From an uncultured bacterium (GTDB taxonomy: Bacteria > Krumholzibacteriota > Krumholzibacteriia > LZORAL124-64-63), in contig CAVSZB010000001.1 in assembly GCA_963732385.1 (NCBI GenBank), forward strand, positions 64,001 through 128,000: a stretch of DNA of 64,000 nucleotides, in the 5' to 3' direction. Below, piece by piece: positions 18,816 through 30,009 of this stretch. Position numbers and translations under genes: made by a program. Under the pieces are notes generated by a model that made no database searches, had not been told where the DNA came from, and saw only the letters and a program-made list of their open reading frames with translations. Every line of letters begins with the position of its first letter. The first letter of the stretch is position 1.

Positions 18816-19766
18816 TCAACGGGCGGCAGCCAGCAGTGCGGTCCAGCTCGTGGGGAGGTTCTGATCGATGATGCCGTCGCCATCCTCGTCGAGCCGCAGG
18901 CGCGCGCGGTCGGGCCCGGTGAACAACACTGCCACCGAGCCGCCGCCTGCCTGCCGCACCACGAGGCGGCCCGCCTCGGCCGGGCCGAGCGCGCCGTTGG
19001 GAAGCAGAGCGCCGCTCAGCCGCGAGGTCGTCTGCAGGGTGAGGGCGCCGAACCGGGCGTGGGCCAGCGAGGCCCGCACCCGCAGGGTCCAGGCATGGGA
19101 ATAGGGCTGAAGTTCGAGTGTCAGGTCGAGGCTGTCGAGCACGGCGTCGCCGGACGGGGCGGTGCAATGGAAACCGGCGGCTCCGCAGCCAACGGTGAGT
19201 CGCTCGCCGATCGGCCCACGGACGTAGGCCATGGCGAGGGTGCCGGAGAGGGCTGTGGCGGTGGAGTCGGTCACGGCGGCGGCAAGGTCGGCATAGAGGG
19301 CGGGGGTGGTGAAAGCGCCGGCGCCGAACGTCATGTCCGGCACGTGCAGCCCGGCCGGCCGGGCGCTGGACTGCGTGCCCGGAGGCGCAACCGGGCGCGG
19401 GGCGGTGTCGAGGCGCAGACCGTCGCCGCTCGAGAGCGCGCCGTCGCGATTGGCGTCGAACCACCTCAGGAAGAAACGGTCGCTGCGGCCAGGCAGGGCG
19501 ATGAGCGAATCGCTCTGATCGACTCCCTCTTCGAGCAGTCGCGGCGCCTCCAGGACGGCGAAACGGCCGGTGTCGAGGGCGAGCTGCAGCGCGTCGCGCA
19601 CGGGGGCCAGGGCGGCGGTGGCCAAGTGGCCAGGGTCGGACGAGGGTGGCAGCGCGTCGGCGTCGCCGGCGCTGACTCCTCCACCCCCGCAGCCGGCGGC
19701 GGCCAGGATCGCGAAGAACGCGCCCGCGGCGGACGCGCGCAAGTGTGGCAGGGGCGTGAACATCAT
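18816..19766 (-). CDS. Hypothetical lipoprotein
   Basis: Lipobox AAGC followed by GGGG; DANRDG and DEDGDG Ca-binding-like loops. Confidence 0.6.
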   Translation of the reverse strand: MMFTPLPHLRASAAGAFFAILAAAGCGGGGVSAGDADALPPSSDPGHLATAALAPVRDALQLALDTGRFAVLEAPRLLEEGVDQSDSLIALPGRSDRFFLRWFDANRDGALSSGDGLRLDTAPRPVAPPGTQSSARPAGLHVPDMTFGAGAFTTPALYADLAAAVTDSTATALSGTLAMAYVRGPIGERLTVGCGAAGFHCTAPSGDAVLDSLDLTLELQPYSHAWTLRVRASLAHARFGALTLQTTSRLSGALLPNGALGPAEAGRLVVRQAGGGSVAVLFTGPDRARLRLDEDGDGIIDQNLPTSWTALLAAAR

Positions 19767-19974
19767 TTTCCCCCCCTCCACACATAATCATACCACTTCG
19801 TCGCGGCCACAGCCGACCCGATTTGGCTGGGCGCAGGATCCGCTCCCGCCACGCGTTAAGGATGGGGCTATCTTGACGGGGCCGGGGGGCGGCCATAGTA
19901 TGGAAAAATCTGTTAGTTGCGAAGACTTTGAACAACCGGCGCAGCCTCGTCTCGCCGGGGGAGGCCTGACGCCG

Positions 19975-21305
19975 ATGGGTCGCAGGGGCATGGCAATAGT
20001 GATCTTGGTGGTGCTGGTCGCGGCGGGCGGATTTTATGCCTGGCGCAGCGCGAAGGCCCGCCACGCGAAGCCGAGGTACCGCACCGAAGCGGTCCAGCGC
20101 GGAGACATCCAGGTGCAGGTCACGGCCACTGGCAATCTGCAGGCGGTGACCACCGTGCTCGTCGGCAGCCAGGTGAGCGGCACGATCTCGGCGCTCTACG
20201 CTGATTTCAACGACCGCGTGCGCAGCGGACAGGTGCTGGCGCAGCTCGACCCGACGTTTCTCAAGGCGCAGACAGCGCAAAGCCGCGCCGACCTCCAGCG
20301 TACCGATGTGCAGGTGCGTCAGTCGGAGCGGGACAGCGCGCGCGTCTACCCGCTGCTGGGCGAGGGGCTGGTTTCCGTCGCCGACATCGACATGTCGCGC
20401 ACCGCGCTTGACCAGGCACGCGCCTCGCGGGCGTCGGCGCAGGCGGCGCTCGACCGCGCCGAAACGAACCTGCGCTATGCGACCATCCACTCGCCCATCG
20501 ACGGCGTGGTGATCTCGCGCGACGTGGACATGGGCCAGACGGTGGCCGCATCGCTGTCGGCGCCGACTCTCTTCACGATCGCCAACGATCTCCAGAAGAT
20601 GCAGCTCGAGGTGGCGGTCGACGAGGCCGACATAGGCATGGTCAAGGGGGGCAGCGGGCCACCTTCACCGTGGACGCCTACCCGTCACAGCTCTTCCAGG
20701 GCGTCGTGCATCAGATCCGCCTGGCGCCCGAGACCGTCCAGAACGTGGTGACCTACACCGTCGTCATCCTCGTGGAGAATCCCGGCGAGAAGCTGCTGCC
20801 CGGCATGACCGCCAACGTCTCGATCCTGGTGGACGAGGCGACGGGCGTGTTGAAGGTGCCGGCCCTGGCGCTGCGCTTCCGGCCCCCGACGGGCGCGGTG
20901 GCGGCGGGGCCCGGTGGCGCCGCGGCTGGACGGAGCGGGATGCGGCAGGCCGCGGGCGGCGAGGGCGCGCGCGAAGGGGGACGCCGCGGCGGCGCCCGGC
21001 CCGACGGTGCCCGTCCGGGCGGCCTGCCCGGCGCTCCGGCCGGCAGCGGGCCTGCCGGCGAAGCCCCGGGCGAAAGCGCCTGGCAGCCCGGCAAGCTCTA
21101 CGTGCTCGACAAGGGGACGGAACTGCACCAGCTGGACGTGATGACGGGGCAGACCGACGGCACCTTCGTGGCGGTGCGGGGCGCGGCGCTGAGCGAAGGG
21201 GCGAGGATCGTCGTCGGGCTGGAAGTGGCCGGCCAGGGCGGCGCCAACAGCCAGGGGGCGGTCAATCCGTTCACGCCGCGGATGCCCTCCGGCGGGCGGC
21301 GATAG
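19975..21305 (+). pseudogene. MacA-like efflux periplasmic adaptor, frameshifted at ~20646-20651 (real lesion or assembly error)
   Basis: VGSQVSG, SPIDGVVI, GQTVAASL in one frame; GQRATFTVDAYP...LLPGMTANV continues in another frame after a G6 run. Confidence 0.75.
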
Positions 21306-21307
21306 AC

Positions 21308-22045
<738 letters not shown>

Positions 22046-23263
22046 ATGCGCATCGCCCTGCTGCTCAAGGCCGCGCTGCGGGCCATCGCGCGCAACAAGA
22101 TGCGCTCCACGCTCACTGTGCTCGGCATCATCATCGGCGTGGGCGCGGTCATCGCCATGGTCGGCATCGGCGAGGGCGCCTCGAGCATGGTGCAGTCGCA
22201 GATCGCCAGCCTCGGCGACAATCTCATCAACATCTTTCCCGGTTCTCGCATGGCGGGCGGCGTGCACGGCGGCGCCGGCACCTACTCCATGCTGACGGAG
22301 GACGACGTCGTCGCGATTCGCACGCAGGTCCCGTGGGTGACCGCAGTCAGTCCGGTCGCTCGCACCGGCGCGCAGGTCGTTTATGGCAACCAGAACTGGG
22401 GCACGCAGATTTACGGCGGGAGCGAGAGCATCTTCGCCATCCGCCGCTGGGCGATCGTCAGCGGCACCGGCTTCAACGATTCGGCCGTGCGCGGCGTGGC
22501 CAAGGTGGCGGTCATCGGGCAGACCGTGGCCGAACAGCTGTTCCAGGGGTCCGACCCGGTCGGGCAGTCGATCCGCATCAAGAAGATCCCGTTCACGGTG
22601 ATCGGCGTGCTTGACAAGAAAGGGCAGAATTCCTGGGGTCAGGACCAGGATGATGTCATCTTCGCGCCGTATACCACCGTGCTGAAGAAGATCTCCGGCG
22701 AGGACCACCTGAACATGATCCTCGCCTCGGCGACGTCGATGCAGGCGCTGCCACAGGCGGTCGAGGCGATCTCGCAGCTGCTGCGCGCCCGCCACCGCAT
22801 CGCGGCCGGCAAGGATGACGACTTCACGGTCCGCACCCAGCAGGACATCGCGAACATCGCGGGCTCGACCTCGCAGGTCATGCGCACGCTGCTGGCCGTG
22901 ATCGCGTCGATCTCGCTGTTCGTCGGCGGCATCGGCATCATGAACATCATGCTGGTGTCGGTCACGGAGCGGACTCGCGAGATCGGCATTCGCATGGCCG
23001 TGGGGGCCAAGGGCTGGCACGTGATGCTGCAGTTCCTGGCCGAGGCGGTCGTGCTGGCGTGTTTCGGCGGGCTGCTCGGCATCGGCGTGGGGGTGGGGGC
23101 GGCCAACATCGTGCGCAAGACGGCGAACTGGCCGGTCCTGATCCAGCCCCAGGCGATCCTGGTGGCGTTCCTGTTCGCCGCCGCGATCGGCATCTTCTTC
23201 GGCTTCTGGCCGGCCCGCAAGGCGTCGCGTCTCGACCCGATCGAAGCGCTGCGCTATGAGTGA
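22046..23263 (+). CDS. ABC permease, MacB/FtsX family
   Basis: RSTLTVLGIIIG; GGIGIMNIMLVSVTERTREIG; PARKASRLDPIEALRYE. Confidence 0.92.
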   Translation: MRIALLLKAALRAIARNKMRSTLTVLGIIIGVGAVIAMVGIGEGASSMVQSQIASLGDNLINIFPGSRMAGGVHGGAGTYSMLTEDDVVAIRTQVPWVTAVSPVARTGAQVVYGNQNWGTQIYGGSESIFAIRRWAIVSGTGFNDSAVRGVAKVAVIGQTVAEQLFQGSDPVGQSIRIKKIPFTVIGVLDKKGQNSWGQDQDDVIFAPYTTVLKKISGEDHLNMILASATSMQALPQAVEAISQLLRARHRIAAGKDDDFTVRTQQDIANIAGSTSQVMRTLLAVIASISLFVGGIGIMNIMLVSVTERTREIGIRMAVGAKGWHVMLQFLAEAVVLACFGGLLGIGVGVGAANIVRKTANWPVLIQPQAILVAFLFAAAIGIFFGFWPARKASRLDPIEALRYE

Positions 23264-24062
23264 CGCCCTGCGCGGCGCGGCCGATCAGGCGCTTCCGCTG
23301 TGCGGTCGCCGCGTCATCGTCACCCGCGCGGCCGACCAGGCTGAAGACATCGTCGGCGCGCTGGCCATGCGTGGAGCCGAAGTGATCGCCTGCCCCGTCC
23401 TGCGCGTCGAGCCGCTCTCCGCCGCCCACCTCGTGCCGCTGCGCGATCGGCTGGCTGACTACGCTTGGGTTGTTTTCACCAGCGGCAACGGGGTGCGCGG
23501 CCTGCTGACGCAACTCGCCGGACGGAGTCTCGACGCGCGCGCGCTCGGCGCGGCGAGAATCGTCTGCGTCGGCTCGACCACCGCCGCGGCGCTTGCCACC
23601 GGCGGCCTGCGCGTCGATTTCGTGCCGACTGATTTCCGGGCTGAGGCGATGCTGCGGGAATTTCTCACCGCCCATGACGTGAATGGCGCGCGCCTGTTGC
23701 GTGTGCGCGGCGGCAGGGCCTCGACGGAGGTGGAAGACGCCCTGCGCGAAGCCGGCGCCGAAGTCGATGTCCTCGACACCTACCGCACCGTGCCGGCCGA
23801 ACCGTCGCCCGAAGTGCGCGCCGACATTCTCGCCCGCGGCGCCGCAGCCGTCACCTTCGCCAGCGGCTCCGCCGTGGACGGCTTCGACCGCGCGGTGCCG
23901 GAGCACGGTCTGCACGCGAAGGCGCTGGCCGCCTGCATCGGACCGGTCACGGCGCTGGCGGCGGAGCGGGCGGGCTGGGGGCAAATCGTGGCGCCCCCGG
24001 AGAGCACGGCCGGCGCGCTGGTGGACGCGCTGGTGGACGCGATCGTGCGGCATCCGCTCTGA
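23256..24062 (+). CDS. hemD: Uroporphyrinogen-III synthase
   Basis: VIVTRAADQA; FTSGNGV; VGSTTA; YRT; FASGSAV; IGPVTA. Confidence 0.8.
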   Translation: MSDALRGAADQALPLCGRRVIVTRAADQAEDIVGALAMRGAEVIACPVLRVEPLSAAHLVPLRDRLADYAWVVFTSGNGVRGLLTQLAGRSLDARALGAARIVCVGSTTAAALATGGLRVDFVPTDFRAEAMLREFLTAHDVNGARLLRVRGGRASTEVEDALREAGAEVDVLDTYRTVPAEPSPEVRADILARGAAAVTFASGSAVDGFDRAVPEHGLHAKALAACIGPVTALAAERAGWGQIVAPPESTAGALVDALVDAIVRHPL

Positions 24063-24086
24063 GCTTCGCTCCTCCGGGCAGCTTCG

Positions 24087-24995
24087 TCACTCCTGCGGCT
24101 CCAGAAACGTCCCCCGGTCTAGCTCCGCGAACGCCTGCTCCAGCTGTTCCTGGGTGTTCATGACGATCGGGCCGCGCCAGGCGACCGGCTCCCGCAACGG
24201 CCTGCCCGAGACCAGGAGGAAGCGGATCCCTTCGTCTCTCGCCTGCACCGTGATCTCGTCGCCGCGATCGAACAGCACGAGCGTACGATTGTCGGCCGCG
24301 GTCGGCGGCGACGTGTCGACCCGGCCCACCACCTCGGTCGGTACAGCGAGAGGCTTGGACGCGTGGGCGAAATTCCCGGACCCCGCGAAGACATACGCGA
24401 AGGCGTGGCGCGCGGTCTCGATCGGGAGAGTCCGCCGCACGCCCGGGGGCACTGAAACGTCGAGGTAGAGCGGATCGGCCGCGATGCCGTCGACCGGCCC
24501 CGTACGGCCCCAGAAGTGGCCGCACACGATCCGCACCCCGGTCCCGTCGTCGTCGGTGATCAGCGGGATGTCAGGCGCTTTGATCTCCTGGTAACGGGGC
24601 GCCGTCATCTTGAGCGCCGCCGGGAGGTTCGCCCAGAGCTGGAACCCGTGCATCCGGCCGGCGTCGTCGCCCCGGGGCATCTCCTGGTGGATGATGCCGC
24701 GGCCGGCCGTCATCCACTGGACATCGCCCGCGGAGATGACGCCGCGGTTCCCCATGCTGTCGCCGTGCTCGACGTCCCCCGCGAGGACATACGTGATCGT
24801 CTCGATCCCGCGGTGGGGATGCCAGGGGAAGCCGGCCAGGTAATCATCCGGACGTTCGCTGCGGAAGTCGTCGAAGAGCAGGAACGGATCGAATTCGGTG
24901 GTATTCCCGAAGCCGAAGGCCCGGCGCAGATTCACGCCGGCCCCCTCGCGGGTCGGCCGGGGCTTCGCGAGGCGCTTCACGGGTCGGATCGACAT
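24087..24995 (-). CDS. Pirin-family protein
   Basis: DPFLLFDDF; GFPWHPHRGIETITY; QWMTAGRGIIHQE; GPIVMNT. Confidence 0.92.
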   Translation of the reverse strand: MSIRPVKRLAKPRPTREGAGVNLRRAFGFGNTTEFDPFLLFDDFRSERPDDYLAGFPWHPHRGIETITYVLAGDVEHGDSMGNRGVISAGDVQWMTAGRGIIHQEMPRGDDAGRMHGFQLWANLPAALKMTAPRYQEIKAPDIPLITDDDGTGVRIVCGHFWGRTGPVDGIAADPLYLDVSVPPGVRRTLPIETARHAFAYVFAGSGNFAHASKPLAVPTEVVGRVDTSPPTAADNRTLVLFDRGDEITVQARDEGIRFLLVSGRPLREPVAWRGPIVMNTQEQLEQAFAELDRGTFLEPQE

Positions 24996-25110
24996 TGGTG
25001 CACTCCTTTCTCCGGGGGGCAGCCCCCGGGAGAACGGGTCCCAGGCTAGTGCGAACCGCGTCGGACCGCCCGTGGCGTGGCGTCCGGGACGCCGACAACC
25101 CGGTCGCATT

Positions 25111-25160
25111 CTTGACCACTTCTTGACGCAATTACCCTTCTCCTGAAGCCCGGATTGACG
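25111..25160 (+). promoter_or_regulatory. Putative KdpE (OmpR-family) binding direct repeats
   Basis: TTGAC at 25112, 25123 (11-bp spacing) and 25155, upstream of the kdp operon. Confidence 0.45.
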
Positions 25161-25224
25161 CGGCGACCCTTACTCTGTGATCACGGCGCGCGATTCGCGC
25201 CGGGTCGGTCGTGAGGAAGGCGTT

Positions 25225-25317
25225 ATGGACAGCCCCCATGCCATCGCGGTGCTCGTGACCTGCTTCATGCTGATGGCCCTGGCCTGGAGCATCGTTCGCC
25301 CTCAGGGACGCCGCTGA
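25225..25317 (+). CDS. 30-aa hydrophobic peptide in the kdp leader
   Basis: RBS GAGGAAGG; MDSPHAIAVLVTCFMLMALAWSIVRPQGRR. Confidence 0.5.
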   Translation: MDSPHAIAVLVTCFMLMALAWSIVRPQGRR

Positions 25318-25343
25318 CCCTGGCTGTCATCGGGGAGGGAACC

Positions 25344-25439
25344 GTGCGGGACCTGCTGTTCGTCGGGATCACGCTGGCTTTCTTCGCGCTGGGTGCGCTG
25401 TACGCGCGGGTCTGCGCCAGGCTGCCGGGGGCGTCATGA
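25344..25439 (+). CDS. 31-aa kdp-associated membrane peptide
   Basis: RBS GGAGG, GTG start; MRDLLFVGITLAFFALGALYARVCARLPGAS; TGA overlaps the kdpF ATG. Confidence 0.65.
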   Translation: MRDLLFVGITLAFFALGALYARVCARLPGAS

Positions 25440-25525
25440 CGGTCGAATACGCGGCGGGCGGCGTGCTGGCAGTGCTCCTGCTGGGGTACCTCGTTTACGC
25501 GCTGTTGCGGCCGGAGCGATTCTAG
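25436..25525 (+). CDS. kdpF: K+-transporting ATPase subunit F
   Basis: MTVEYAAGGVLAVLLLGYLVYALLRPERF, directly before kdpA. Confidence 0.9.
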   Translation: MTVEYAAGGVLAVLLLGYLVYALLRPERF

Positions 25526-25535
25526 GAGGCGCGGG

Positions 25536-27254
25536 ATGACGACCATCGGCTGGATGCAGATCGCGGTGTTTTTCGCCGCGGTGCTGGCGGTGGCCAGGCC
25601 GCTCGGGTTGTTCATGCACCGGGTGCTCGAGGGAGAGCCGCACCCGTTCACGCGGCCGCTAGGGTGGATGGAGCGGGGGGTGCTGCGTGCGTGCCGGGTG
25701 GACGGCCACGAGCAGCGGTGGACGGAGTACGCGTTCGGACTGCTGGCGTTCAGCGGGCTGACGATGCTCGTCACGTACGCCCTGCAACGGCTGCAACACC
25801 TGCTGCCGCTCAATCCGCAGGGTCTGCCGGCGGTGGGGGCGGCGTCGGCGTTCAACACGGCGGCCAGCTTCACCTCCAACACCAACTGGCAGGGCTACGC
25901 GGGCGAGACGACCATGAGCTACCTCACGCAGATGGCGGGGCTGGGGTGGCACAACTTCATCTCGGCGGCGGCGGGAATCGCGGTGGCGGCGGCGTTGGCG
26001 CGCGGGCTGACGCGGCAGGGCGCCGGCAGGGGTCCGGGCACGGTGGGCAACGTCTGGCTGGACCTGACCCGGACGATCGTGCACATCCTGCTACCGCTGA
26101 GCGTGTTGCTGGCGCTGGTGTTCGTCTCGCGCGGCGTGATCCAGAATTTCGCTCCGTACCGGGAGGTGAAGACGATCGAGGGCGACCGCCAGGTTATGGC
26201 CATGGGACCGGTGGCGTCGCAGGAGGCGATCAAGCAGCTCGGCACGAACGGCGGCGGCTTCTTCAACGCGAACTCGGCGCACCCGTTCGAGAACCCGACC
26301 CCGCTCACGAATTTCCTCTCGCTGCTGGCGATCTTCGCCATCCCGGCGGGCCTCACCTTCACGTTCGGGCGGATGGCGCGCGACCAGCGGCAGGGGTGGG
26401 TCCTGCTGGCGGCGATGAGCCTGTTCTTCCTCGCCGGTGTAACTGCGGCCTACCGGGCGGAGTCGGCGGACAACCCGGCGCTGCGGCAGGCGGGCGCGGC
26501 GCCGGGCGGCGGCAACCTGGAAGGGAAGGAGACCCGGTTCGGCGTGGCGGCCTCGTCGCTCTACGCCGTCGTCACCACCGATGCCTCCTGCGGCGCCGTC
26601 AACGCGATGCACGACAGTTTCACGCCGCTCGGCGGGCTGGTGCCGCTCTTCAACATCCAGCTGGGCGAAGTGGTGTTCGGCGGGGTGGGTGCGGGACTGT
26701 ACGGAATGCTGGTGATGGCGCTGCTGTCGGTGTTCATCGCCGGGCTGATGGTGGGACGCACGCCGGAGTACCTCGGCAAGAAGATCGGGGCGCGCGAGGT
26801 CAAGCTGGCCATGCTCTACGTGCTGATCTTCCCGCTGCTCGTCCTCGCGCCGACGGCGGTGTCGGCGGTGCGGCCCGCGTCGCTGGCGTCGCTGAACAAC
26901 GCCGGACCGCACGGACTGACGGAGATCCTCTACGCCTGCACCAGCGCGGCGGGAAACAACGGGTCCGCGTTCGCGGGGCTCAACGCCAACACGCTCTGGT
27001 ACAACCTCACGCTCGGCCTGGTGATGCTGGCCGGGCGCTTCCTGATGATCGTGCCGGTGCTGGCGATCGCCGGGTCGCTGGCCGGAAAGACCCGCGCCCC
27101 GGCCGGTCCCGGCACTCTGCCCACGACCGGACCGCTGTTCGCCGTGCTGCTCGTGTCGGTGATCATGATCGTGGGGGCGCTGACCTTCTTTCCGGCCCTG
27201 AGCCTCGGCCCGGTCGTGGAGCATTTCCTGGCGCAGGCCGGAAAGGCGTACTGA
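25536..27254 (+). CDS. kdpA: K+-transporting ATPase subunit A
   Basis: SNTNWQ, LGTNGGG, SCGAV, NNGSAFAG selectivity-filter motifs. Confidence 0.97.
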   Translation: MTTIGWMQIAVFFAAVLAVARPLGLFMHRVLEGEPHPFTRPLGWMERGVLRACRVDGHEQRWTEYAFGLLAFSGLTMLVTYALQRLQHLLPLNPQGLPAVGAASAFNTAASFTSNTNWQGYAGETTMSYLTQMAGLGWHNFISAAAGIAVAAALARGLTRQGAGRGPGTVGNVWLDLTRTIVHILLPLSVLLALVFVSRGVIQNFAPYREVKTIEGDRQVMAMGPVASQEAIKQLGTNGGGFFNANSAHPFENPTPLTNFLSLLAIFAIPAGLTFTFGRMARDQRQGWVLLAAMSLFFLAGVTAAYRAESADNPALRQAGAAPGGGNLEGKETRFGVAASSLYAVVTTDASCGAVNAMHDSFTPLGGLVPLFNIQLGEVVFGGVGAGLYGMLVMALLSVFIAGLMVGRTPEYLGKKIGAREVKLAMLYVLIFPLLVLAPTAVSAVRPASLASLNNAGPHGLTEILYACTSAAGNNGSAFAGLNANTLWYNLTLGLVMLAGRFLMIVPVLAIAGSLAGKTRAPAGPGTLPTTGPLFAVLLVSVIMIVGALTFFPALSLGPVVEHFLAQAGKAY

Positions 27255-27257
27255 GTC

Positions 27258-29309
<2,052 letters not shown>

Positions 29310-29317
29310 GAGAAGCC

Positions 29318-29911
29318 ATGTTTCGCCAGTTCGGCATCGCCGCGCGGATGACTCTCGTGACGTTCGTGCTCACGGGGCTGCTGTACCCGCTGCTCGTGAC
29401 GGGGCTGGCGGGGGCGCTGTTCCCGCGCGCGGCGGCCGGAAGCCTCGTCGCGGTGAACGGCCGGACGGTCGGTTCCGCGTTGATCGGGCAGCGGTTCGAC
29501 GGTCCGGCCCGGTTCCAGGGACGGCCGTCGGCTGCCGGGGTCGACGGGTATGACGCCGCCGCCTCCGGGGGCTCAAACCTCGGCCCGACCTCCGCGAAGC
29601 TGCGCGACCGGGCGGCCGTCGAACTGACGCGGCTGGTGGCGGAGAATCCGGAGGCTGACGGGCCCCCACCGGTGGAGTTGCTGGCGGCCTCGGCCAGCGG
29701 CCTCGACCCGCACCTTAGCCCTGCCGCGGCCCTTTGGCAGGCTCCGCGCGTGGCGGCGGCGCGAGGGGTCGCGCTGCGGGAAGTGCAGGCGCTCGTGGCG
29801 GCGCGGACGGAGCCCCGGACGCTCGGATTCCTCGGCGAACCGCGGGTGAACGTGCTGTTGCTGAACCTCGACCTCGACCGACGGTTCGGCCAGTCTGGCC
29901 TTTCGCCGTAG
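29318..29911 (+). CDS. kdpC: K+-transporting ATPase subunit C
   Basis: GSALIGQ, SGGSNLGP, SASGLDPH, GEPRVNVLLLNLDLD. Confidence 0.95.
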   Translation: MFRQFGIAARMTLVTFVLTGLLYPLLVTGLAGALFPRAAAGSLVAVNGRTVGSALIGQRFDGPARFQGRPSAAGVDGYDAAASGGSNLGPTSAKLRDRAAVELTRLVAENPEADGPPPVELLAASASGLDPHLSPAAALWQAPRVAAARGVALREVQALVAARTEPRTLGFLGEPRVNVLLLNLDLDRRFGQSGLSP

Positions 29912-30009
29912 AGGTTGCGCCGCTGGTGCGCCGCGGGCGGACCTTGCCCTGTTCCTAAGGACGGGGATACCATGACCGCGGCAGGACGGTCCGTGACGGG
30001 GAGTTGCCA

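Noticed and set aside
23256..24062. hemD overlapping the ABC permease stop as evidence for tetrapyrrole export
   Set aside because: A single adjacency with no other hem genes; not enough to infer a functional link.
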